This document shows positions 42,861 through 54,869 of a stretch of 64,000 nt of DNA, piece by piece. The stretch spans positions 9,674 to 73,673 of the forward strand of contig NIVC01002641.1 in the NCBI GenBank assembly GCA_002269645.1, written 5' to 3'. Positions within the stretch are counted from its first letter, which is position 1, and the number at the start of each line of letters is the position of its first letter. A model generated the notes under the pieces. That model searched no databases. It was not told the DNA's origin and was given only the letters and a program-made list of their open reading frames with translations. The position numbers were made by a program, and so were the translations under genes. Source of the DNA: Macrostomum lignano (taxonomy: Eukaryota).

Positions 42861-43768
42861 TATTTTATATACAAATAGAATATATTTTGCAGAGCAGAAA
42901 AAAGTGAAGCATGGAATGGGGATACAAAGAACCTTATAATAGGCCAGCACAATATGAGTCTTTGTCCCCCTAGGCCTTAGGCCCCAGACATACAGATCTC
43001 ATAGAGGTTAAGCCAACCAATTGGGGCTTGGCCTATGCCATATAGAGATAGATGACGCATCCCTGCTAAGACAGTGCATCAGATGCTGGGAGACTGTCTG
43101 GGGGCAAAGTGCACTCTCTGCCACATATATATTATATACTATTATAGGCCCCCTATACTATGTAAAAAAACTATAACTATAAAAGGCTAAAAGGCTAAAA
43201 GGCAAACAATAGGCCTACTGCAAAAGAGAAGAGAAAAACTGAAAAACTAATAATATGAAAATATGAAGCTCGGCAAAAATAAAGAAAACATAGGGCCTAA
43301 TCTATAAAAATTAGGCCTAGGCCCTATTTATAAAAAAACTTTCTGGGCAAAATTCAAAAATGATCACAGTATGGCTAATTGTATGCAAAATGTATGACAA
43401 ATGGTAAAAATGAAGGATACTAAATAAAAATTATAACTTTTAAGTTATTTTGATTAAAAAATGATTATTCTTTGAAAGTAAGGTGTCTTTTTATTTTACT
43501 TAGGCCCTAGCCTAGGCCCTACTTAGGCAAGTTAGATTAGGCCTATGCCACCTATCTAATAGGCCTAAAATATTAAAAATTACTAAAAACTAATTAACTT
43601 AAATATTACTGGAGGGATATCGGACATGGAATGGAATAGAGTCCCTAATTTAATTACTGAAACAGGGTCTAGACTCTAGAGGTAGAGCAAAAAATCAAGA
43701 CAAAATAAAAACGTCCTTTACAGCTTTACTGCTTCATTCATTTATTTAGGAACACTAATAGGCCTAGC

Positions 43769-43920
43769 CAGGCGCGTAGCCAGGATTCACATCAGGGGGA
43801 GGGGGACAGAGACATAAATCCATCTCTGATGGAAGCGATCGAAGCAAAATACAAAGGCAGTAAACCCCCGATTCAGGGCATGTCCCCCGGTGCCGTGTCC
43901 CCCCCTTCGCTACGCCCCTG
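43769..43920. mobile_element. Short hAT-like non-autonomous element (imperfect 12-bp TIR CAGGCGCGTAGC / GCTACGCCCCTG)
   Basis: TIR-like ends and G/C-tract interior similar to the 45199 element; no TSD found. Confidence 0.5.
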
Positions 43921-45198
43921 CTAATAATAGCATAGTGGTGCATTGCCTAGGCATGATTGATGAGTACGCCAGTTACTAAAAATAGGCTAGCCCTAGGCCT
44001 ACGCCGCCTGCGGCCTGCTTGCTTGGGCATGACTGACTTTGTTAATGATGAGATCGATGGCTGGCGCAGGCGCAGGCATGTTGATTGACACGACACGTTC
44101 TAACTGACTCAAAAGTTCGTGACTTCTAGAAATATCATTAAATTTCACTATTTTAAATCACTAAAATACAGTAGTAAAATATTAAAATAAGGTTTAATCA
44201 ATAATCTGTCTGTAAAATAGGTTCTTTTTGCTAGATTTTTTATTTTTTTGTTTGATGTAATGAGTTGCAACGAGATAATTAAATGCACAAACTTAAAAAC
44301 ACATTTTCTTCGAAAACCGGAAGAAAAACATAAATAAATAAACATGATCTAAAAATGTTACATTTAGTAAATTTTATTTTTAGGGAACTTTGCCCTTCTA
44401 TTTGTAATGTTTATTTTAAATGGGTCATGGATTGTAAGGCAAGGCAGGCGGAAGCGTATTTAAAGTGCTCCAAGACCTGCTATTAAGACTTACGACTTAG
44501 GATTAGGAATTAGGATCTACAAGCGAATTTACTAACAAAATGACAGAAGGGTGCTACTAAGCTGTCGTAGCGTAAGTCTGATCATGCGTCGAAACTTTTG
44601 CACTGCAGAGATAGGAGCTAAGAATAATCTTATCTTACGATGGCTTTATAGAATGGGCCCATTGAGAGTAACTGTCAACCTAAATAATTTTTGCTTGACC
44701 CCTCAGTTATTAAAATGACCTTTCCTGAGGATGTTCCATCATTGGACAAAATTAATGTTGATAGTTAATTTTATTTTTTTACCTTTATTAAGCAAGTAGC
44801 ATTGCCAAACTCTTAGATAAACTATAAGTTGGCATTTTCCTAAAATTTCTTAAAATTAATTTTTTGTCATTCATAATTTTCTCTTAATTTTCTAATTTTC
44901 ATAATTTTCATATTATATATATCTTATTCTAAATTTTAATCAGTAAAATTATTTATGTAAATTTGTTATTTAGGAATAATCACACATGTGTCAATCATTG
45001 ATAGAAGAAATAGACCTTTGGCTTTTGGTATAGAGAAATGTGCATATATGCCTAAAATATATATATATATATTATTTATTTATATATATTTATAAGTTAA
45101 TTTATATATGATAATATTATTTTAGGATCTTGCAGGCTTACATAAATATAAATATTTTTATTTCAAGCTCCACATTGCTATTTTTAACTTATTTTTGG

Positions 45199-45392
45199 CA
45201 GTAGCGCAACCAGAAATTTTTCAAGGGGGGGGGCGGATTCTGAGGGTAAAGTCCCGGGAGGGGGGGGGCGGCGGAGGGGTGGCTCTGTTTTTGGCGAAAA
45301 TTCGCTTGGTCCCCCCTTTGATTTTTTTTCGGTCCCCCGCCTAAGGGGGGGGCGACCGCCCCCCCCCCGCCCCCCCCTTGGTTGCGCCACTG
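45199..45392. mobile_element. 194-bp non-autonomous hAT-type MITE with 13-bp TIRs and 8-bp TSD
   Basis: TIRs CAGTAGCGCAACC / GGTTGCGCCACTG; TSD ATTTTTGG at 45191-45198 and 45393-45400. Confidence 0.9.
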
Positions 45393-46994
45393 ATTTTTGG
45401 TAAAGTTCTATAATGAAATAGATTATTTATATATTATACTTATAACTATATCTATACAAGGCCAACTCCTCTATTGGAGGAGAAAGGGGAAGAACTCCCA
45501 TCACTGGAATTCCATTCCCTGAAATCCATCAGCTGAATCCTATGACCAGAATCCCATCATCCAAATCCTCTCCAAAATCCATCAAAATCCTTTTCATAAA
45601 GTAGAAATCCTTAAAAATCCCTTCTATGAAACAGATATTTATCAAAAGTCTTTCTGTGAAACAAAACTCTATCAACATCATCTCTTTCAAGTTGTAATCC
45701 ATCAATTTAATCAATAGACTATTGAATTGAAGTGTATAAAAAGGTGCTTTCTAATTGTCTAGCCTAAATGTATTTGAAAAACAGTATTCAGTGGTTTGGG
45801 TTAGGGTTAGAGCTGCACAGAGCTACCTGTTGAAAGGCACTGATAATAAAAAAACTGAACCAATTGAACCAATTGACTGTGCAATCGATTTCAGTAAGTA
45901 TCAGTCCCAGTTAAAGTTACCAAAATGATTGTGAAATCTAAAGCAACCCTCCAATACACAGTGGCATTTAGAAGTTGAAGCCTCCAAATTTATCCATTGT
46001 GTCTCACAAAAATAATTCTAATCTCTGCAGAAAGTTAAAAGTATGGAAATCGTTTTTTGGAAGCTGTGCTTTTAGTTTTCATAGGGCCTACTTAAAGCAA
46101 ACAACTTATATCCCCAAACTTAGCATTGAAAGATCTTTCCAGCAATATAAGTCTCTTCTCTCAAAGTTAAAAACTAGAAGAACAGTTTGTGTTTGAAACT
46201 GCCCAGTTTAAAACATTGAATTTTTTGTGTACATTCACTGCCTGCTACAGTGAGAGGCTTGCAAGTTTATGCATTGAATTTCACTGTCTGCCAGTTGGCA
46301 AGGGTCCAAGTGTACACACGCAGCCACTTAGAATGCTCCATCCCCCCACTAGAAAGAAAATACACTGCCGAGATAGGAAAAATTATGAAACAATCACTCA
46401 AAATTGATGCAAATTTTCAGTTCAGAGCAGAAAAAGTGGCCAAATAAGGTTAAGAAAACAGTTTTCTGCTCTTTTAACTGACTTAATTTTTTAAATTTCA
46501 ACATCAAAATAGCCTATTTGTTGCATAGGAAAATTCTGCATTGATATATATATAAGTCCCGACATTTGAGTTGGCAGCCATCTAAGAGGAGATGCACATT
46601 AAACCTAGCCAGTCAATCGATCAATCCACTCAGCTTTAGATATAAGAGATAACTAAAAATCTAAAAAGTTTCTATCTATGCAATACTTTTATAGGATAAT
46701 GCAACTTTGCATAAAGCATTTTAACAATATCATAATTAGCATAACATACTTCACAAACAAAAAAATTAATGACAATATTTTTGTTTGAAAAAAATCTTTA
46801 TGTATATTATTTTATCAAACATTCCTTTCTATGATATTTTTGTTAGTCTATATCTCATCTAAGTTAAATACAAATATTTTACAGGAACTATATTCTAATG
46901 GTGCAGTCAATATTGCTGAAATTCTAAAGAAGCAATCTTTGTTAGCATGAAATAAGAGTTTTAATTGTATTGTCTTTCAATTAGAGTGCTAAGC

Positions 46995-48093
46995 ATGGCT
47001 GCTGCATTAGAAGATTTGACACTTGGAGGATTTTTATCCAACCTCCGCCTGCGTCACTTAGAAACTGTTGTGCTCAAGCTGGACTCAGCTACAAACGGCA
47101 TGATCAACAGGTCCAATTATGACTATCAGGTCTATTTTGAGCTGAACCAATCCGAGGCTACAGCAAAAGTCAAGACTGGGACTGACCGGCCAATTCTCTG
47201 GTAGGAACATTAGTCATTGAAATTCATCGAACATCAAACTGTAGTTTCTCTTTCATTATTTCATTAATTTTCCTCCTTTTTTCTCTATTTTACTCAGCTC
47301 CGAGCTGCTCAACGTAAACTCCGACTCCAGCGATGGCACAGTTCGATGGGATCTTACTCCCTCTCTAGTCAACAACCTTTTTGGCTCCCCAATAGCAGCA
47401 TCTGCTCGTCGCCTAACGCAATTTTCGATCACCTTCTATCGCGTCCCTAGTAACCAGCCTAGCAACCAGAGAATGGAAAAATGGTCCGGTGAAATTCAAA
47501 AGCGCCCCCTGCTTCACATCGGCGATCTGCAGTTCGGCCGCGACCTGCGGCGTCCTCCAACTTTGCCTTCGCTTCTTCTTGTTGGCGGTGATTCTGACAG
47601 GCATAGCAGCTACAAAGACTTGCATCGTCGTAGTGCCAATAGTCTTTGTCGCTACGATTGCGTTGCCACGGACGACTCGCTGCCAGCTCAAATGTCTGCT
47701 GCCGGCTGTCGGCTGGCTCTCCGGCTAAAGGGCATCTACTTTCTCGTAAATGTTTCCAAATGTCCAGCTAAAGAGAGTCGTTGCTATCTGGGCGTCGAAC
47801 TCGCAACCTCGCGTATTGGTCGAGTATCGTCGTATAATATGCTAACGCTGCGACACATGCTTGCTTTGGATATGAAATCTATTGATGTCGAGGTGAAGCT
47901 GGCCAGGTTGAAAGGTCGGTTGGAGTCCAGACTGGCGGCCCAGTCAGGGTCGCTGTCCGACCAGTCGACTGAGTCTTTGCTCACTCGCCGAGTCCTCGAG
48001 AATCGGCTGAAATGCCTGGCGACTGGCAGGCAGCGTCTGGCTGAACTGCGCCAGGCCAATGCTGAGCTGGTGGACTGCCTGGCTTCTGGTGGG

Positions 48094-48132
<39 letters not shown>

Positions 48133-48133
48133 G

Positions 48134-48180
<47 letters not shown>

Positions 48181-48226
48181 GTGTCTGTCTGTCTGTGTGT
48201 CTGTCTGTCTGTCTGTCTGTCTGTCA

Positions 48227-48265
<39 letters not shown>

Positions 48266-48289
48266 AGAGTGTCTGTCTGTCTGTCTTAG

Positions 48290-48333
<44 letters not shown>

Positions 48334-48431
48334 AGAGTGTCTGTCTGTCTGTCTGTCAGAGTGTCTGTCTGTCTGTCTGTCTGCCTGTCTGTCTGTCAGT
48401 CTGTCAGAGTGTCTGTCTGTCTGTCTGTCTA

Positions 48432-48477
<46 letters not shown>

Positions 48478-48553
48478 AGAGTGTCTGTCTGTCTGTCAGA
48501 GTGTCTGTCTGTCTGTCTGTCTGTCAGTCTGTCTGTCTGTCTGTGTGTGTGTG

Positions 48554-48622
<69 letters not shown>

Positions 48623-49733
48623 GATAGCACAGTTGTTTTACAATATCAGCCAGCAGTTAGCATTTCGTCCTCCACCCGTCCAGTGCGCCAGGCCATGCAG
48701 GCGGTGCAGGACAGTGTACACAGGACCAGAGCCAGTCTAGTGAAGTGTCGCTCCCAGCTTCAGTCCACTCGATTGCAGCTGACAGGTCAGAGGAGCCTGT
48801 GGCTGAAGGAGCTCGCCAGTCTATTCTCTCTGGGCAGCTGGGGAGACAGCATTGCCGGGGTCAGCTTGAAACCGCCGCGCAGCGGCCACTGGAGCCGGCT
48901 GACAAAACACGAACAGAAATTCTGCGCCGCGGCGTTTGGTCTGACGGCTCAGCTGGTGGCGTTGACTGGCGCTGTGATGGACTGTCCACTGGTGAGGGGT
49001 TTTGAGGTTTTTTGAGGGGAAGAGGAGGGGAAGAGGAGGGGAAGAGGAGGGGAAGAGGAGGGAAGGAGGGGAAGAGGAGGGTAAGAAGAGGGGAAGAGGA
49101 GGAGAAGAGGAGGAAGGGAAGAGAAGGAGGGGAAGAGGAGGAGAAGAGGAGGAAGGGAAGGAAGGGGAAGAGGAGGGAAGGAGGGGGAAGAGGAGGGAAG
49201 CAGGGGGAAGAGGAGGAGATTGATAAGAAGGCTGATTGGAGCTCGGCCAATCCATCTGTAATGTTGCCATGATTCCCCCCGATCTTGCACAGCGTTACTC
49301 CATAACCCTGCGCGGCTCAAAGTCTCGCATCCGGGACGATCTGATTTGCAAATTTCCCGACCCGCCGGAGTTCCCGCTGTACCACCGGGGGAGCCAGGAC
49401 GGCGGCTACTTCAATCGCGCCGTCCTGCTGCTCAACTTCAACGTCTATGGCCTGTCTTGCAACAGCGGCGTCTCCACGCCAGTTGATCTGCGCGCCACGG
49501 CGCTGAAAAATCTGTGCCAACTGTTCGACTTTCTGCTGGACCCGGCCCGCGCCCCGGCGCCGACTCCGCCGGAACGTATCCCGAGTTCGAATCTGCTGGC
49601 GCCTCCGCCGCGGCCGGTTCCTTTTGAACCGGTGTGCCGGTCGGTTGAGGCTGACATGCTGAATGATGCTGCTGAGCGGGATGAAGATGAGCAAATCAGT
49701 GAGCAGCCCGGTGGCCTGGCTCAGTCTGCCTGA
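46995..49733 (+). CDS. UVRAG: UV radiation resistance-associated protein (UVRAG/Vps38); exons 46995-47200, 47298-48088, ~48633/48654-48991, 49293-49733
   Basis: N-terminal LRLRHL..VYFEL..CSELL (C2-like); [12 protein letters not shown] (cf. human NSYDVFSLLRL); coiled coil; CPL|[36 protein letters not shown] (cf. VPLRYPIIHKGSRSTIKDN..EFPLYPKG..FDYGVYLLNKNI). Splice phases are consistent; the exon 3 acceptor is ambiguous among three phase-1 AGs. Confidence 0.88.
48092..48622. repeat. (GTCT)n microsatellite in UVRAG intron 2
   Basis: Direct reading. Confidence 0.98.
49015..49215. repeat. Purine-rich ~12-bp repeat (GAAGAGGAGGGG) in UVRAG intron 3
   Basis: Direct reading. Confidence 0.9.
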
Positions 49734-49759
49734 GTGAGTCGTGACCCAACCCCTGTCAG

Positions 49760-50295
49760 TACCTTATCTCTCACCCTCCTGTCTTGTCTCACCCTTCTCT
49801 GTCTTATCTCACCCTCCTCTGTCTTATTTCACCCTCCTCTGTCTTATCTCACTCTCCTCTGTCTTATCTCACCCTCCTCTGTCTTATCTCACCCTCCTCT
49901 GTCTTATCTCACCCTCCTCTGTCTTATCTCACCCTCCTCTGTCTTATCTCACCCTCCTCTGTCTTATCTCACCCTTCTCTGTCTTATCTCACCCTCCTCT
50001 GTCTTGTCTCACCCTCCTTTGTCTTATCTGACCCTCCTCTGTCTTATCTCACCCTCCTCTATCTTATCTCACCCTCCTCTGTCTTATCTCACCCTCCTCT
50101 GTCTTATCTCACCCTTCTCTGTCTTATCTCATCCTCCTGTCTTATCTCACCCTTCTCTGCCTTATCTCATCATCCTGTCTTATCTCACCCTCCTCTGTCT
50201 TATCTCACCCTTCTCTGTCTTATCTCATCCTCCTGTCTTATCTCACCCTTCTCTGTCTTATCTCACCCTTCGGGGTCTTATCTCACCCTCCTCAA
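49760..50295. repeat. 20-bp minisatellite (CTGTCTTATCTCACCCTCCT)
   Basis: Direct reading; begins just after the UVRAG stop codon. Confidence 0.96.
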
Positions 50296-50957
50296 ACAGA
50301 GAATTTAGTGCCAAGCAAGAAGACGGTTGTTGTTTAAAAATTGCCATTTTTATCTCCTAAAGATTGCATTCTGTCAATTTCCAATTTCAAACAGTCTACA
50401 TATACAAGCGTGTTTGACGATGTAAAACATGTTTTTATTGCTTCCAATGCGCAAACTAGAATACTTGTATTTTGTGTAAGTAGTATTGCAGGCTAGTTTC
50501 GTTATTTATACTCAATTTGTGCATTTCAATATTATTAAATAATTTTTTTATTAATAGAAGTGATCATTATGAATTCTTAGTTTGTGTATCATCAATATAT
50601 ATATATGTATTATTGTGTGCTCGATGTACGAGCATACATTACCTAAAAGAAGACAAAACAGTATTAATAAAATGTGCATAATTCAATACAATGATTTGTT
50701 GTATGCTATATCCGGCTTTAGTTGTTAAAGGTCTTAACTTTTCTTCGGTCATTTTATTTTAATAAAATTCCTTTTAACTGGGGGTGGATGGTTCGGGTTA
50801 TCGAAAACTATGATATGAAAATGCATTTGAGCTGCATTGATAATAGACAATAATTAATACGGAATTAGCCTTTAATTTATGAATACTGAGTCTTCAAACA
50901 AAAAATGGTGGTACGAGCTACTTAAAAGGACGCGGTAAATATCTAAAGGCTCACAGT

Positions 50958-51250
50958 ATTTTGAATTTTGAAGGCTCATTACTTTGAATTTTGAAGGCTC
51001 ATTACTCATTCTGAAGGCTCATTACTCATTGTGAAGGCCCATTACTCAATTTGAAGGCTCATTACTCATTTTGAAGGCTCATTACTCATTTTGAAGGCTC
51101 ATTACTCATTCTAAAGGCTCATCACTCATTTTGAAGGCTCATTACTCACTTTGAAGGGTCATTACTCACTGTGAAGGCTCATTACTCATTCTAAAGGCTC
51201 ATCACTCATTTTGAAGGGTTATCACTTATGTTGAAAGCTCATTGCTCATT
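50958..51250. repeat. 20-bp minisatellite (ATTACTCATTTTGAAGGCTC)
   Basis: Period 20 is visible at 51061-51100. Confidence 0.93.
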
Positions 51251-51378
51251 TCAAAGGCTCGTTTTAGTTCTAATGAAATCAACCATACACACAAACAACT
51301 CATTTTTAGTATATTGGATTTTTAGGAGGCGGGAGAGTATAATTTTTATATTGTCACGTCTTGAATTAGTTGGTTTGC

Positions 51379-53935
51379 TCAGGCGAACTTCAGGTAAGCG
51401 CCAGCATCCGCGTTGGTGGCCACCAGAGCCCCAACGGCGCCCAAGTGTCCGGCGTTTCTAAGAAACCGATGCTGAAACCCGGCGCCCATCTGCATCAGCA
51501 AACATTTGGCGTTCTCGAACTCTCGACGAGCCAACGGGTTTAAAAAGAAATTACCGCCAAAGTAGACTTTGGGCACCTTGGTCAGGGTGCTGATGGATAT
51601 CAGACTGCCGAGGAGGTTCGCGCAGAACAGCGACACCAGACTGCGAGCCACATCCTCTTTTCGGGCGCCGTCCCGTGACAGGCGGTCCTCAGCCGCCTTG
51701 CCGAAGTGCATCATCGGAATGTCGCCGTTGAACTGGCCGTAGGGACTGGCCGGGTCGCTGGCGATGACCTTCAGGTGTTATTCGATTGGTTCGGGGCTGT
51801 TGTTTTGCTTGGGGATTGCTGCTTTGAGAGTCAAGGGCTTGGGACTCTGCAGTGGGATCGGGACTCTTATTGTGGGATCGGGACTCTTATTGTGGGATCA
51901 GGACTCTTATTGTGGAATCAGGATTCTTATTGTGGGACCAGGACTCTCACTGTGGGATCGGGACTCTTATTGTGGGATCGGGACTCTTATTGTGGGATCA
52001 GGACTCTTATTGTGGGATCAGGACTCTTATTGTGGGATCAGGACTCTTATTGTGGGATCAGGACTCTTATTGTGGGATCAGGACTCTTATTGTGGGATCA
52101 GGACTCTTATTGTGGGATCAGGACTCTTATTGTGGGATCAGAAAATCTTAAAACCCGGCAACAACCTCGCGAACAAGCAGGTCCACATTGGCCCTGTCTC
52201 CCTTCTCAGCCAGCGCCATCAGCTCATCATAGCTGGAGGTGCCAATCATCAGGCGGGCCATGCCTTGCAGAGTTTTGCCGCCGAATAAGCAGAAATGAAA
52301 GCTGGACATTTTGCCCTCGGCGTCCAGGACGCTGATCATGCTGCCGGAGCCCAGGCAGACCAGGATCGCTGGGAACTGCGCCGCAGTGTCAGCGCCTGTG
52401 GTGGAGTCAAAAGCGATACTAAGCATAAATAGGTATTTTATTTCATTCATTCGACATTCCATTTAGCACCTGTGATCCTTTTGGGAGATCCCATTTAGCA
52501 CCTGTGATCCTTTTGGGAGATCCCATTTAGCACATGTGCTTCATTTAAGATCCCATTTAGCACCTGTGATCCTTTGAGATCCCATTTAGCACATGTGCAT
52601 GTGAGCTAACTGAAATCCCAGTTAGCTCGTGTGATCATTTGAGATCCCATTTAGCTCCTGTGAGTCCTTTCGGAATCCCATTTAGCTTCTGTGATCCTTT
52701 GAGATCCCATTTAGCTCTTGTGAGTCCTTTGAGATCCCATTTAGCACAAGTGCATCATTTGAGATCCCATTTAGCACCTGTGAGTCCTTTGAGATCCTAT
52801 TAAGCACCTGTGCATACTTTGAGATTATTCGTGCCTCAATGTCACTAACCGTCGATCTTGAACTTTTCCATGATGTTGGCCATCAGCGGGTTGTCCAGTT
52901 TCAGCTGGAACAGGGGATCCGGCTCCATCGCAGGCAGGAACGCCTGCTCATCCGGCAGGTTCGTCACCATCCAGTGACAGCCGCGCACCTGCGTGAGCAG
53001 TTCAATCACGTGCTCGCAGTTGGCATTGAAAGTCTCCTTCATCAGGTCCTGATAGGCGAAGTTGACTCCGGTCATCTTCACCAGGCTGTCGCCCAGGTGC
53101 TGCCGCTCCCGCTGCTGACAGTCCGGCTGCTTGGCGATCCACCTTGATAGTAGAGCATATTTTTTCTTATTATCTAAACTTTTTACTTCAAGTAATAGAA
53201 TGAAGAAATTTTCTTGGAATCAGGATTGCCTAACATATAAATAAGTAAAATAAATTTGAACCATTAGGCGCGCATTGATGGAACCAGTTCCTGGCAATAA
53301 GTGCGCATTGATGGAACCAGTTCCTAGCATTAAGCGCGCATTGATGGAACCAGTTCCTGGCAATAAGTGCGCATTGATGGAATCAGTTCCTAGCATTATG
53401 CTCGCATTGATGGAACCAGTTCCTGACATTAAGCGCGCATTGATGGAACCAGTTCTTGGCATTAAGCGCGCATTGATGGAACCAGTTCTTGGCATTAAGC
53501 GCGCATTGATGGAACCAGTTCCTAGCATTAAGCGCGCATTGATGGAACCAGTTCCTGGCATTAAGCGCGCATTGATGGAACCAGTTCCTGGCATTAAGCG
53601 CGCATTGATGGAACCAGTTCCTGGCAATAAGTGCGCATTGATTGAACCAGTTCCTGGCATTAGGTGCGCATTGATGGAGCCAGTGGGTACTTAAAAGCCT
53701 ATTAAAGGTTTTTTTCAGACCTCATAGCGGCCTGGAAGTCGCTCTTGGCCACCGTGACAAAATTCAGCACCGCCGCGGAGTTCGACGAGTCTGTCGAGTC
53801 CGACGTGACGTACAAAATCTTTGACAACGTGGCGCCATTATCGAAGCTCAGCCGGCAAGGCAGGCCTTCCAGCAAGCTTTTAGGAACTTTGACGCTGTCT
53901 TTGAACACGAATTTAGGAGCCGACGACATTTCCAT
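51379..53935 (-). CDS. Divergent eukaryotic (type II) pantothenate kinase-like protein; exons 53935-53721, 53142-52850, 52395-52166, 51768-51379
   Basis: Ordered PanK motifs: SFDNGATLSKILY, KMTG, EL..VRG, FPAILVCLGSGS, FGGKTLQGMARLMIG, LAEKGDRANVDLLVRE, HFGK, EDVARSL, VYFGGNF, FLRNAGHLGAVGAL. Splice phases 2, 1 and 0 all match. Confidence 0.85.
51854..52141. repeat. 20-bp minisatellite (GGACTCTTATTGTGGGATCA) in PanK intron 3
   Basis: Direct reading. Confidence 0.97.
52455..52830. repeat. ~30-bp minisatellite (GAGATCCCATTTAGCACCTGTGATCCTTT) in PanK intron 2
   Basis: Direct reading. Confidence 0.92.
53263..53690. repeat. 33-bp minisatellite (ATTAAGCGCGCATTGATGGAACCAGTTCCTGGC) in PanK intron 1
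   Basis: ATTAAGCGCG at 53461 and 53494. Confidence 0.96.
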
Positions 53936-54869
53936 TGGCGATCAATAAAGTTCAAGAAAGGTCTTAGGTACTATTATATACGCTCATGTGACGCACCCTG
54001 CAGGGCTCTTGAACAAGAGAAAAAAATTGTGTTAGACAACTCCTATATACTGCTGCGAGGTTTGGAGAGAGAGGCAGCAAGAGGAGAGAGGTACGAGCGT
54101 ACGCTGTGTTCTGCATTCTCTTACCGCACGGGCGAGGCTAAAATCAGTGTACAGATATGTCAGAGGGGCAGAGGTGTGTCCCTTGAACTCAGAATCGAGG
54201 AGCATCAAATAGAATACAGATACATTGCTGTCATACGCTTTTATAAACACGACAGCTGACAAAACAACTAAAGGGCAAGGGGGTTTATGTGAAGCAACAG
54301 TAGTGAAGTAATACGTGGACAAATTTATAGACGACATTAGCAGAATGGGTTTGATTATAATTTAACGTTATTAAAGTTACGATTCGAACTGAATACCTCA
54401 GCCAGTCAAGCTCACTCCTGAGCACCCTGCACATGCTCACACGGGGTGTACAGCGGCCCTGACTGTCTCAACGACTGGCATGTACACTCTTTACCTTGCA
54501 GGTTGGCCCTCATATTGTTGCCGAGAATTGCTAGACCAGCCTCACAGACCACCAGCGAGATTGAGATGCGTTAAACCGCGGAGCTTCTCTGCCCCCCTAA
54601 TAGCGGGGTAGCTCATAGCATTATATTTAAATCACAACCATCGATCAACACGCAGTTTCGATGTAGTCTATACCACACTGTAAACTAAGAGTAGATAAAA
54701 ATTGACATGTTTCAAGTTGACTATGAATGACCAAAATGTCCCAATTTAGGTTACTACGAGTAGTCCGAAAAAGTCCCTCGACCTCATCGTTGGCTTGCAG
54801 AGAACCGGTAACTTTTCCGGCTACAACTCGTTTACAGTGTATGCTATTATCAATAACTGGAATTTCGAG

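Noticed and set aside
44620-44660. Harbinger-like terminal motif (...CTTTATAGAATGGGCCC)
   Set aside because: No matching opposite terminus or TSD found.
47473-48740. 'VCLS'-repeat extension of the UVRAG ORF and overlapping ORFs
   Set aside because: Read-through past the donor at 48089 into an intronic (GTCT)n tract.
53220-53694. 11-aa repeat ORFs on both strands
   Set aside because: The 33-bp array lies inside PanK intron 1, bounded by phase-matched splice sites.
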